Below are positions 9,716 to 19,199 of a stretch of 64,000 nt of DNA, one piece after another (positions within the stretch are counted from its first letter, which is position 1; each line of letters starts with the position of its first letter). The DNA comes from Candidatus Latescibacterota bacterium. GTDB lineage: Bacteria; Latescibacterota; UBA2968; GCA-2709665. The stretch spans positions 5,056,001 to 5,120,000 of the forward strand of contig OZ244744.1 in assembly GCA_965219455.1 (NCBI GenBank). Direction: 5' to 3'. The notes under the pieces are model-generated. The model saw only the letters and a program-made list of their open reading frames with translations, was not told the origin of the DNA and made no database searches. The position numbers and the translations under genes were made by a program.

Positions 9716-10282
9716 ATGGCCGTCGAAGCGATTGAACGGTTTGTCTCAAAGTACGAAACGCTTTCCGGACGCGTACACCTGGCGGACAGCGTGGAGTCCG
9801 CTGCGGAGGCGGTGCTTTCCGTCCTTCGCGAGGACCGCGGGACCCGCCTGGCCGCGGCCGAACTTCCGGAAGCGCTGATGCAGGCACTGGAGCGGCGGTG
9901 TGCGGATGCGGGGGTTGACCTGTTGAAGCCGCCATACGACGGCCGGACGCTGCCGGGCGCCATCGATGCCGCGCACGTAGGTGTGTCCTGGGCGGAGTTT
10001 GCGGTGGCGGACGCCGGTGCGCTTGTCGAATTCGCGACAAACGACGCAACCCGCCTCGTATCCACGTTGCCGAGGATACACCTGGGCGTCGTTCGTGCCG
10101 CGGATATTAAAGAGACGCTGATGGACGCCGGTCCGCGGATCCGGACGTTTATGACACAGCAGCGGGAGAATGCCACCGTGACGTTCATATCCGGCCCGAG
10201 CCGCACGGCGGACATCGAGATGCGGCTTACGCTGGGCGTGCACGGTCCGGAAATGGCTCATGCGGTTATTTTGGACCCGTAG
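9716..10282 (+). CDS. lutC: LutC/YkgG (LUD domain) protein
   Basis: FISGPSRTADIEMRLTLGVHGP signature. Confidence 0.85.
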   Translation: MAVEAIERFVSKYETLSGRVHLADSVESAAEAVLSVLREDRGTRLAAAELPEALMQALERRCADAGVDLLKPPYDGRTLPGAIDAAHVGVSWAEFAVADAGALVEFATNDATRLVSTLPRIHLGVVRAADIKETLMDAGPRIRTFMTQQRENATVTFISGPSRTADIEMRLTLGVHGPEMAHAVILDP

Positions 10283-10347
10283 AAGACAATTTTGCGACGC
10301 GGATTCAACAGGAGTCACTTAAAGCCGAGCACGAAAGGATAGGGAAG

Positions 10348-12489
10348 ATGCCGAAGGGCCGGTATCAGCAACTGGAAAAAAAGATCGATGGGGCACTGAA
10401 AGAGAGATCAAGCCGGACGGCGCTATACCGCGCGATGAAACGCGGCCGGGACAGCCGGCATAGGGCGGTGGGCGCGTTGCCGGGAGGTGAGGGATTTCGC
10501 GACACGGTTCGTTCCATCAAGGTCCGGTGCCTTGAGCAGCAGGACGAACTGGTGGACAGGTTTGCGCAAAAGGTGCGGGACCGCGGCGCACGGGTATTCA
10601 TGGCCAACGACGGCCCCGAAGCGATTTCATACATTCTGGACATTGTGAAGGAACGCGGCGCCAGGTCCGTGGCGAAGTCCAAGTCGCTGACGAGCGAGGA
10701 GATCGAGGTAAACCATCCTCTGGAGGAAGCGGGGGTGGATGTAATTGAGACGGACCTGGGTGAACTGATCATTCAGAAGGTGAAGGAAAAACCCTTTCAC
10801 CTGGTCTTCCCCGCGGTGCACAAAACCGCGGCGGAGGTGGCGGAGATATTCCGGAAGGTGACGCAGCAGGACGTGCCGCAGGACGTCGACGCCATCATGC
10901 GAGTCGTGCGCAAATATCTCCGGCCGATTTTTCTGAATGCGGATATCGGGATGACCGGCGCCAACGTGGGGATCGCCGAAACCGGCGCCATTGTCATCGA
11001 GACCAATGAGGGCAATGCGCGCCTCGTGTCCAGCATTCCCGACGTGCATATCTGCATCATGGGTCAGGAGAAGATTGTGGATACGGTGGAGGATGCGTTG
11101 CAGATGATGCTTGCGCATCCCATCAGCGCGGTGGGTCAGCATCTCACCACGTATGTGACGATGATGGGGGGGAGGTCCCCTCTCGGCATCGGCGGTGGAC
11201 GGAGCCCGCGCGAGTCTCATATCATCATCCTGGACAACGGGCGCAGCCGGATGCGGGAAGACCCGCTGTTCAAGGACGCGTTGAATTGCATCCGTTGCGG
11301 CGCCTGCATGAATATCTGCCCCACCTACGGCGTGGTGGGCGGGCATACGTTCGGCTATATATATCCGGGACCGATCGGGATCCCCTGGACATCGGAGGTT
11401 CACGGACTGGAGAAGGCCGCCGAATTCGCGCCGCTTTGTATTTCCTGCGGGCTCTGTAAGGAGATCTGTCCCGCGGAAATCGATATCCCCATGATGATCG
11501 CCGGCGTGAAGGATCGAGACGGCGAGGAAAACGGGCATCCCCGGGTGAACCGGATGCTGATGGCCGCGGAGGGCTTTGCGAAGTTCGGCTGCGCCACCGC
11601 GCCGGTCTCCAACTGGATGCTTAAGAACGGGTGGTTTCGGTGGGCGATGGAGGTGTTTTCGGGTATCGACCGGAGGCGTGCGTTACCGCCGTTCAGGCGC
11701 CGTACGTTGGCGAAATGGTTCAGGAAGCGCGGCGCAGCGCCACGGGTGAAGGATCCGGTGCGACAGGTGGTATTCTTCGCGGATATATATGCGGCCTACA
11801 ATGCGCCGGAACTCGGCCGGGCGGCTGTCGAGGCACTGGAAGCGCTCGGATGCGAGGTCGTTCTGCCCAGGCAGCGCGGCAGCGGTTACCCCTATGTGGG
11901 CTATGGCGACCTGAAGCGGGCCGAGAAGGTGGCCGACGAGAACGTGCGTTTGATGATTCCCTACGTCGAGGCCGGGTACGATGTTGTAACCACCGAGCCG
12001 ACGGCGGCCTATTGTCTGAAGGTTTCGTACCCCAAGTTGCTCCACGGACGCGCGGACGCCAGCGCGCTGGGAGAACGGACGCACGAATTGTTCGCGTATC
12101 TGGAAATGCTCGAAACGCTCGCCGGCGATGGCGGTCGGGAACCTGTATTGGAGGGCCGGCGGTTCGGATTCCACGTATCCTGTCATCAGCGGCCACTGGG
12201 TTCGGGTCAGGAGGCGAGGGACTATCTCAGGCGGCGAGGCGCGGAGGTCGAGTTGATTGAGACCGGTACGTGTTGCGGGATGGCGGGTACGTTCGGTTTG
12301 AAGAAAGGGCTGCTCGGATACGAACTTGCACAGGCCGTGGGAGAGCCGCTGTTTCAGGCATTCCAGGAGGCGAAGGTGGATACCATCGTCACCGAGAGCA
12401 GCGTGTGCGCGATCCATCTGCGCGAGGGCACGGGTATCAACGTCGTGCACCCGCTGGAACTGTTGATGGACAAAGGTGAAACAGGGTGA
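10348..12489 (+). CDS. lutB: LutB/YkgF-type LUD + 4Fe-4S protein fused to CCG (Cys-rich) domains
   Basis: KSKSLTSEEI, ETDLGE, TNEGN, CIRCGACMNICP, YPGPIG, CISCGLCKEICP; C-terminal HVSCHQ and CCGMAGTFG. Confidence 0.85.
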   Translation: MPKGRYQQLEKKIDGALKERSSRTALYRAMKRGRDSRHRAVGALPGGEGFRDTVRSIKVRCLEQQDELVDRFAQKVRDRGARVFMANDGPEAISYILDIVKERGARSVAKSKSLTSEEIEVNHPLEEAGVDVIETDLGELIIQKVKEKPFHLVFPAVHKTAAEVAEIFRKVTQQDVPQDVDAIMRVVRKYLRPIFLNADIGMTGANVGIAETGAIVIETNEGNARLVSSIPDVHICIMGQEKIVDTVEDALQMMLAHPISAVGQHLTTYVTMMGGRSPLGIGGGRSPRESHIIILDNGRSRMREDPLFKDALNCIRCGACMNICPTYGVVGGHTFGYIYPGPIGIPWTSEVHGLEKAAEFAPLCISCGLCKEICPAEIDIPMMIAGVKDRDGEENGHPRVNRMLMAAEGFAKFGCATAPVSNWMLKNGWFRWAMEVFSGIDRRRALPPFRRRTLAKWFRKRGAAPRVKDPVRQVVFFADIYAAYNAPELGRAAVEALEALGCEVVLPRQRGSGYPYVGYGDLKRAEKVADENVRLMIPYVEAGYDVVTTEPTAAYCLKVSYPKLLHGRADASALGERTHELFAYLEMLETLAGDGGREPVLEGRRFGFHVSCHQRPLGSGQEARDYLRRRGAEVELIETGTCCGMAGTFGLKKGLLGYELAQAVGEPLFQAFQEAKVDTIVTESSVCAIHLREGTGINVVHPLELLMDKGETG

Positions 12490-12572
12490 GGGTTGGGGGA
12501 TCGGTCTGCGGAGAAGCATCCGAACCTGGAATTCACGTCTAAACTGAATCTGTCTGCAAGGGCACTTCTGCA

Positions 12573-15500
12573 ATGGCAGAGATGACACCTGGAAGTGTAA
12601 TCGACGGGCGGTACGAGACACTCGAAGTCCTTGGCAGTGGGGGCGTGGGGGTGGTTTATAAGGCGCGGGACCTGGATCGGGGGGGCGAGGTTGCGCTCAA
12701 GGTGCTGAAAAAGGGAGTAAGACAGGAGGAAGACCGCCGGCGGTTTATGCGGGAGTTTCACATGCTCTCACGCATTCGGCATCCGCGTGTTCTGAGAACC
12801 CATACCTGGGGGGTGCATGAAGGCCGGCCTTATTTTTCCATGGATTATCTGCAAGGCCAGACCCTGGCGAGCATGATCAGTGACAATGTAAAGAAGGAGG
12901 TGCTGCGGGGGTCGGGATTCTTGCGGCTGGTTCGGCAAATAGCCGACGGGCTGACCTGTATTCACGGTCAGGGCCTGCTGCACCTCGACCTGAAACCGTC
13001 GAACATCATGATCGTGGAGCAGGACCACCGGATCGAAGCAGCAATACTGGATCTGGGTCTGGCGCATTCCGGTAGTGGGCGCGCAGTATCGCTCACCGGT
13101 GACGTTTCAGCGACGGGTACGGCGGAATATATGTCTCCGGAACAGGGACGTGGCGGACGGGTCGACGAACGTTCCGACCTCTATTCCCTGGGCATTGTCC
13201 TCTACGAAATATTGGCGGGCGCGCCACCGTTTACCGGCGATAGTCCGGCTGCCGTCATCCTGAGGCATTTGGGGGAACAGCCGCGGCCGCTGCAGGCCCT
13301 TGAACCGAAGCAGGGGATGCCCGTACTGGCAATCGTGATGAAGCTTCTCGCCAAAGAACCCATAGACCGATTCCGGTCTGCCCGCGAACTCCTCGCCGGA
13401 CTTGACGCAATCGTCTCGGAGGGTGCGCTGCCGAAAGAAGAGCCAGGACCAGCTGGAACACGCCTCCCGGAGCCTCCCCTTGTGGGTAGGGAAAGGGAAG
13501 TGAAAGCGATGCGGAAAATCATTTCGGGGGCATACGAGGGCAGGCGGCAGACTGTGCTGGTTACCGGGCATCCAGGCATGGGCAAGTCGCGTTTGATGGA
13601 GGCAGTTAAGGGCGACGCCGCACTCTATGGTATGGAGGTGCTGTCGGGCGCGTGCCGACAGGATCGTCGTGAGGTCCACCTACCACTGATTGACGCGCTC
13701 CGAAACGTCTTACGGCTGGAACTCGTCTCTGACACCGGGAGTACTGATGCCTGCGCCGCATTGGAAAGGATCTGGCATCATTTGCGAAAGCTGGCGCGCA
13801 ACCGGCCGGTCCTGCTGTGTATCGAAGATCTTCAGTGGTCGGATGAACTCACGGACCGGTTTTTGCGGCGATGCCGGAGCGACGCCGAAGATTTTCCGCT
13901 TATGATCCTTGTGACCTGTCCAGGTGTTGGAAGCACGTCCATGGACGGGCACAAGGAAAGCCTCTTTAGGGACGGAGGGACCGGCAGGATTCACGAAATT
14001 CACCTCGGTTGTCTCACAAGGACTGAGACGGCGCGCCTGGCGGCTTCGATACTCGGCGAACGGCGGATCCCCGAGAAAGTCGGAGGTAGACTCTTTGAAG
14101 AGACCGGCGGTTGTCCCCTTTTTGTCGTGGAATCCGTCCGTACTCTGGTTGCGGAAGGCGTTGTTCGGGACGAGGGCGAAGATGGGTGGCGGTGGGATTC
14201 GATTCCGGCGGGGCTGATGCTCGATCGTGCGGTGGAGGTCCTTCGCAGACGCCTGGAGGTAATTCACCCGATACCGCGTCGGGTTTTGGATTACGCCTCC
14301 GTCTGCGCAAGCGGATTTACGTTTGATCTGATCGAGGGAGTCTGGCGGGAGAGTGGGTCAAATCTGGTGGAAATCCTGGATGATCTGGTGCGCCTGGACC
14401 TGTTGCGGAAGAGCACGGGAGCGGGCGCTCCGTACGAGTATCGACTTTCCAGTATGCTTCTGCGGCGCACGATCTACAATAGCCTGGATGCAGAGCGGCG
14501 TATTCTATTGCATCGGGCGGTCGCAAGGACACTGGAGGTCCTGAATTCCGAATCGAGGCCCCAGGCAGTCGAAGACCTGGCGTTTCACTATCTGAAATCC
14601 GGAGAAGTCGAAAAGGCCGATCAATACCTCATTCAGGCGGGTAAGCAGGCGCTCAGTGCAGACCGCGCATTGAGCATGTTCAAGGACGTATCGGAGCCGC
14701 GTCTTCAAGGAGATGATTTATCCGCTGTACCCATCGAGAAAATCAAATCCAGGGTGAGGTTCCTATGCGACTATTCGAACGCATTGTCGTCCCGCGGTTA
14801 TATGGAGGAAGCAAAGGAAAAAGCGCAGGATGCATTGTCGCTGGTTTCAGAAACGACCCCCGGTGAGAGGGCGCTGGTTCTGTGCCAATTCGGCATTGTA
14901 TACGCCCGTTCACGGTCGCATCCTGAAGCGGAACGGGCGTTTCTGGACGCGATTGCCATCTACCGAAAGCACGGACCGAGGAAAAGAGAAAGAGAAACGA
15001 GGCTTTGTTTGGCCTCCCTTTATGAACGGATGGAGAGACGAGAGGAAGCCAGGGTTCAAATAAAGCTCATATCCGAAGATTACGTGCGCGCCGGTGGCGC
15101 CCTGAGCAGGTCGAGAGCCAGCTATTTCAGCGGATATATTGCACACCTGGACGGGCGCCTTGGAGACGCCCATACGCTGTTCGAGTCTGCTTTGGAACGG
15201 GCAAAGAAAGTGGGAGACAGAGCTGAGAATATCGGCAACATGAATCTGATCGGAACGACCGCATTTAGGACTGGCAATTATCAGCGTGCTGAAGAGATCT
15301 TTCAGTCACAGCAACTGTCTAACCTTGATTGGAGACGTACGGCGACAGGGGGCGTTAGCCATTTTTATCTCGGTTCGATTGCGCTGGAAAAGAAAGATGC
15401 AAAGACCGCGGTGGTGTTTGGTGAAAAGGCCGTGGAGATCCTGTCTCATATAAGGGATGCGCATCAGGTGTACTGGGTATTTGGCCTGATGGCCGAGGCT

Positions 15501-17390
15501 CATGCAGCTTTGGGAAACGCCGACGAGGCGGTGAGGTGGGCAGACAGAGCCCGACCCGGCACCCAAATGGCCGGCGAAACCCCTACGGTGGCCTGGCGCG
15601 GGATCGGGGTCGCGTTAGCCGCGGCGAAGCGATGTGAAGAGGCCGAGGATGCGTTCAAACGGGCCATCGCGAACAAACCGGTAATCCAGCGATTTGAATG
15701 GTTCCGCTCGTTGCTGGCGGCTGGCCGATTTTACCTTGGGCACGGTAATCTGGATATGGCGCGTTTGCGGCTCGAGGCGGCAGAACGCAAGGCGGAGGCC
15801 CTGCAGACGCCCTTCTATGCACGGAAAGCGTCGAATCTTCTCTCGAGGTTGGCACGGCTGGAGGCACAATCTGAATCCAGGGTTTCAGCAGAGTCGCGGC
15901 CGATATATGACAGGATCGCGGCGGTATCCGAACTTGCCGCGGATCTGGGGGGGGGTCTCGATCTGCCGTCACTGATGGAAAGGACGCTGGACGGGTGTTT
16001 GAAGGTGGCAGGGGCGGAAAAGGCGATCGTCGTGTTTAAAGATGCACAGTCAGGCGGATTGCGCATCGAAGCGACACGGTCTGGCGAGGGTGGAAATGCA
16101 ACGTCGAAGGGCATAAACCGGGGTGTGGTACGGCGTGCAATTGAGAACAACGAACCGGTGTTTGGCGCGGACGCCTTGGCGGATAAGCGATTCAAGAAAC
16201 GGCAGAGTGTGTTCGACTTCGACGTCCGCTCGGTGGCGTGCGTGCCGCTATATCATCGAGAGGCAGGTTCGCTGGGGGCATTGTATTTAGACCTTCGCGG
16301 TTTCGGAAACGCCGTTTCCGACGCGGACAGGAGGTTCTTGATCGCACTTGCCGGCCTGCTGTCCGCGGGGGTAATTCAGGCCCGGATGAGTAGCAGGTTA
16401 AAGGAACGGGCATTGTATCGGGCGCGTGACGAGTCCGGCAGGAAGGGATTGGGAGAGCTGGTCGGAGTCAGTCGTGTGATGCAGGCGGTCTATCGTCTGA
16501 TCGAGCGGGCGGCCCGTACGGATATGACGGTACTCATACAGGGAGAGACCGGGACGGGCAAGGAACTGGCGGCCCGTGCTATCCACGATAACAGTGTCGT
16601 CAAAGATTGCTTGTTTCTGTCACAGAATTGCGGAGCCCTTTCCGGAGAGTTGCTGTATAGCGAATTATTCGGCCACAAGAGAGGTTCGTTTACGGGGGCC
16701 GTGTCGGATCGCACCGGGCTATTTGAGACCGCGCAAGGAGGTACGGTCTTCCTTGATGAGATCGCAGATGCCGCGCCCGAGGTCCAGGCCAGCCTGCTCC
16801 GAGTCCTACAGAACGGAGAGGTTCGGCGGGTTGGTGAGAGTGTGCCGCGAAGGGTGAACGTGCGCATCATTGCGGCAACGAACGCAGATTTGGAGGCGGA
16901 GGTTTCTAAGGGGGCGTTTCGGAAGGACCTATTCTACCGTCTTCAGGTGCTTCCCATCAAGATGCCGGCGCTGAAGGACAGAAAGGACGATATTCCCCTG
17001 CTGGCGGGGCATCTGCTGCGGAACGCCGCCCGCGAAGCCGGGAAAACCGTGGAGGGTTTCACGGAGGGGGCTGTGAAAGCTCTGATGAAGTACGACTGGC
17101 CCGGTAATGTACGCCAGCTGGATAACGAGATACGCCTTGCGGTTGCCCTGGTGGAAAATGGCGGCGTGTTCGAGATGGAACTGCTTTCTGAGCGCCTACG
17201 ACCTGAAGCGGGTTGGGATGATGGCGCGGCAGGCACTTTGAGAGCGTTTCTGCAATCGGTTGAGAAGCGGTATCTTTCCCAGGTTCTCGACATGCACAAT
17301 GGGAACGTAACCCGAACGGCTTTGGAACTGGGGCTTACGCGATCCGGACTGTACAAAAAGCTGGAGCGTCACGGCCTGCGGGGCCCGTGA
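12573..17390 (+). CDS. Ser/Thr kinase-AAA ATPase-TPR-GAF-sigma54 activator-Fis HTH fusion
   Basis: GSGGVG, VALK, HLDLKPSN, DLG, GTAEYMSPEQ; Walker A GHPGMGKS and Walker B CIEDLQW; TPR-like helices; GAF (SVACVPL..GALYLD); GETGTGKE, GSFTGA, FLDEI, WPGNVRQL; C-terminal HTH. Confidence 0.9.
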   Translation: MAEMTPGSVIDGRYETLEVLGSGGVGVVYKARDLDRGGEVALKVLKKGVRQEEDRRRFMREFHMLSRIRHPRVLRTHTWGVHEGRPYFSMDYLQGQTLASMISDNVKKEVLRGSGFLRLVRQIADGLTCIHGQGLLHLDLKPSNIMIVEQDHRIEAAILDLGLAHSGSGRAVSLTGDVSATGTAEYMSPEQGRGGRVDERSDLYSLGIVLYEILAGAPPFTGDSPAAVILRHLGEQPRPLQALEPKQGMPVLAIVMKLLAKEPIDRFRSARELLAGLDAIVSEGALPKEEPGPAGTRLPEPPLVGREREVKAMRKIISGAYEGRRQTVLVTGHPGMGKSRLMEAVKGDAALYGMEVLSGACRQDRREVHLPLIDALRNVLRLELVSDTGSTDACAALERIWHHLRKLARNRPVLLCIEDLQWSDELTDRFLRRCRSDAEDFPLMILVTCPGVGSTSMDGHKESLFRDGGTGRIHEIHLGCLTRTETARLAASILGERRIPEKVGGRLFEETGGCPLFVVESVRTLVAEGVVRDEGEDGWRWDSIPAGLMLDRAVEVLRRRLEVIHPIPRRVLDYASVCASGFTFDLIEGVWRESGSNLVEILDDLVRLDLLRKSTGAGAPYEYRLSSMLLRRTIYNSLDAERRILLHRAVARTLEVLNSESRPQAVEDLAFHYLKSGEVEKADQYLIQAGKQALSADRALSMFKDVSEPRLQGDDLSAVPIEKIKSRVRFLCDYSNALSSRGYMEEAKEKAQDALSLVSETTPGERALVLCQFGIVYARSRSHPEAERAFLDAIAIYRKHGPRKRERETRLCLASLYERMERREEARVQIKLISEDYVRAGGALSRSRASYFSGYIAHLDGRLGDAHTLFESALERAKKVGDRAENIGNMNLIGTTAFRTGNYQRAEEIFQSQQLSNLDWRRTATGGVSHFYLGSIALEKKDAKTAVVFGEKAVEILSHIRDAHQVYWVFGLMAEAHAALGNADEAVRWADRARPGTQMAGETPTVAWRGIGVALAAAKRCEEAEDAFKRAIANKPVIQRFEWFRSLLAAGRFYLGHGNLDMARLRLEAAERKAEALQTPFYARKASNLLSRLARLEAQSESRVSAESRPIYDRIAAVSELAADLGGGLDLPSLMERTLDGCLKVAGAEKAIVVFKDAQSGGLRIEATRSGEGGNATSKGINRGVVRRAIENNEPVFGADALADKRFKKRQSVFDFDVRSVACVPLYHREAGSLGALYLDLRGFGNAVSDADRRFLIALAGLLSAGVIQARMSSRLKERALYRARDESGRKGLGELVGVSRVMQAVYRLIERAARTDMTVLIQGETGTGKELAARAIHDNSVVKDCLFLSQNCGALSGELLYSELFGHKRGSFTGAVSDRTGLFETAQGGTVFLDEIADAAPEVQASLLRVLQNGEVRRVGESVPRRVNVRIIAATNADLEAEVSKGAFRKDLFYRLQVLPIKMPALKDRKDDIPLLAGHLLRNAAREAGKTVEGFTEGAVKALMKYDWPGNVRQLDNEIRLAVALVENGGVFEMELLSERLRPEAGWDDGAAGTLRAFLQSVEKRYLSQVLDMHNGNVTRTALELGLTRSGLYKKLERHGLRGP

Positions 17391-17427
17391 TGACGCCGGT
17401 CGACCCGCGGGTAGTATTGAAGACTTT

Positions 17428-17445
17428 TGTCAACTCGCGTTGACA
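17428..17445. promoter_or_regulatory. Palindrome TGTCAAC-N4-GTTGACA, candidate enhancer (UAS1)
   Basis: Perfect 7-bp inverted repeat with TGT-N12-ACA geometry. Confidence 0.5.
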
Positions 17446-17513
17446 GGCGATTTGCTCATTGGTATCAACGGGTTACGCATACGCCCGGGCAAGTCGTTCT
17501 TTCCCGGTAAAGT

Positions 17514-17537
17514 GGGTGTATACGTGGGTAAACACCC
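17514..17537. promoter_or_regulatory. Palindrome GGGTGTATAC-N4-GTAAACACCC, candidate enhancer (UAS2)
   Basis: 10-bp inverted repeat with 1 mismatch; same TGT-N12-ACA core as UAS1. Confidence 0.5.
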
Positions 17538-17579
17538 GGAAGAATAAATCCGGCTTGATTGTGCTTGAGGTTGAAACTT

Positions 17580-17592
17580 TAAATCGTTGTTT
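17580..17592 (-). promoter_or_regulatory. IHF-like site
   Basis: AAACAACGATTTA versus WATCAANNNNTTR (1 mismatch), located between the UAS and the -24/-12 element. Confidence 0.4.
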
Positions 17593-17632
17593 TGAAAGCG
17601 TCTGTGATGAATCAGGGCGTTTTTTTGTTTCC

Positions 17633-17648
17633 GGGTACAATGTTTGCA
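17633..17648 (+). promoter_or_regulatory. Candidate sigma54 promoter
   Basis: GGGTACAATGTTTGCA: GG-N10-GC with TTGCA, about 100 bp before the ATG at 17750. Confidence 0.6.
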
Positions 17649-17749
17649 ACATGGAACCATTGAAGCGCTTACGCGCGCATTGCCGGCAAACCACAATTTG
17701 AAACCAGTTTTCCCTCGCGTGCCCGCACGAGGGGTCCCGGTGTCGAGAC

Positions 17750-18787
17750 ATGTCTGAAAGGTCCCGTTGCAGGAACGATCCGATGGTGGGCGTTCATCCC
17801 GCTTTCGGTGAGGTGCGAATGCTTGCCGGCCGCGCCGGAGCGAGTGAACTACCCGTTCTGGTCACCGGCGAGTCAGGGACCGGGAAGGAACTCATCGCCC
17901 GCGAGGTCCACGACCGGAGCCCCCGATCCGGCGCGCCTTTTGTGGTTGTTGACTGCGGCATGCTGGCGAGGGAAATGGGGCGGAGCGAACTGTTCGGACA
18001 TGTCAGGGGGGCATTCACCGGAGCCACGGAGTCCCGCCCGGGGCTGGTGGGGGTCGCACGCGGCGGAACGCTCTTTTTCGACGAAGTGGGTGAACTCGAT
18101 GAGCCGCTGCAGCGGCAGTTGCTGCGCCTGATTCAGGAGGGCGAATACCGGACGGTTGGCGATCACCGATGGAAGAGGGCGGGTGTCCGGGTGGTCGCCG
18201 CGACGAACAGAGACCTGAAGCAGGGGGTCGAGGCGGGGCGTTTTCGAAACGATCTATACTACCGTCTCCGGGTCATTCATCTGCATCTGCCCGCTCTGAG
18301 GGAACGTCGAAGCGACATTCCGCTTCTGGTCGCCCATTTTCTGGATCAGTTCGGTGACGTCGGAAAAGCAGCCCGCGGGATATCTCCCGAAACCGGCGCT
18401 TTGCTGGAGGGATATGACTGGCCTGGCAATATCAGAGAACTCGCTCATACCATTGCGGGCGCGCTGGCGCTTACCGACGGAGACGTATTAACGCCTGACG
18501 ACCTGCCCTCCGAGGTTCAGGACGCGGAGACAAGACGGGACCGTGGCATCTACAGTCTGCCGTACAAGGACGCGCGAAGGATCTGCATGGACCGGTTCAC
18601 ACAAGAGTATCTGCACCGGGCACTCGTCAAGACAGGCGGAAATGTATCCCGGGCAGCCCGAAAAAGCGGTATCGGGCGCCAGTATTTTCAGCTTCGAATG
18701 TCGGAACACGGCATGGCCGCGGCGCAATACAGGAAGCAATCGAACGATGCGCATATGCAGGTATACCGCGCGGCGTCAGGTGATTGA
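17750..18787 (+). CDS. Stand-alone sigma54 activator (AAA+ and HTH, no sensory domain)
   Basis: GESGTGKE near residue 41, GAFTGA, FFDEV, WPGNIREL, GNVSRAARKSGI HTH. Confidence 0.88.
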   Translation: MSERSRCRNDPMVGVHPAFGEVRMLAGRAGASELPVLVTGESGTGKELIAREVHDRSPRSGAPFVVVDCGMLAREMGRSELFGHVRGAFTGATESRPGLVGVARGGTLFFDEVGELDEPLQRQLLRLIQEGEYRTVGDHRWKRAGVRVVAATNRDLKQGVEAGRFRNDLYYRLRVIHLHLPALRERRSDIPLLVAHFLDQFGDVGKAARGISPETGALLEGYDWPGNIRELAHTIAGALALTDGDVLTPDDLPSEVQDAETRRDRGIYSLPYKDARRICMDRFTQEYLHRALVKTGGNVSRAARKSGIGRQYFQLRMSEHGMAAAQYRKQSNDAHMQVYRAASGD

Positions 18788-18890
18788 TCTGATTATTTCA
18801 TCTTTCGGGAAGTGGAAGCCAGTACAGGCGATCTGTCTGGCTCATATGGTCGATGCGTCAAACCGATACCTCGAATAAAAGCTTTAAAAG

Positions 18891-18917
18891 GTGGAGCAGA
18901 CATTCTTGTCTGCTCAC
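18891..18917. repeat. REP-like palindrome
   Basis: GTG-GAGCAGACA-TTCT-TGTCTGCTC, a perfect 9-bp stem. Confidence 0.5.
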
Positions 18918-19199
18918 ATACATCAACCCGAAATCTCGAAATCACGTTTCCAGTTGGCGTGTCGTCACTTGATTAGGGACCAGAGAGCACGGCCGACGTC
19001 ATACGATACGCATCTTTTTCGAATTGCGGTTTTTACCATTCGCCTTGATACAATCGCTTTGTGCTTGATCCTGGCCGGGAAAAGGATTATCGTTCGGCTG
19101 TATCGCTGAAACACAGAAGGCGGGTAAATTATCTCGTGCGAGCCGGGCTCGGCGCTGATGCCGGGCGCGGCCTTATACTTTTTGCCGGAAGGAGTTAAC

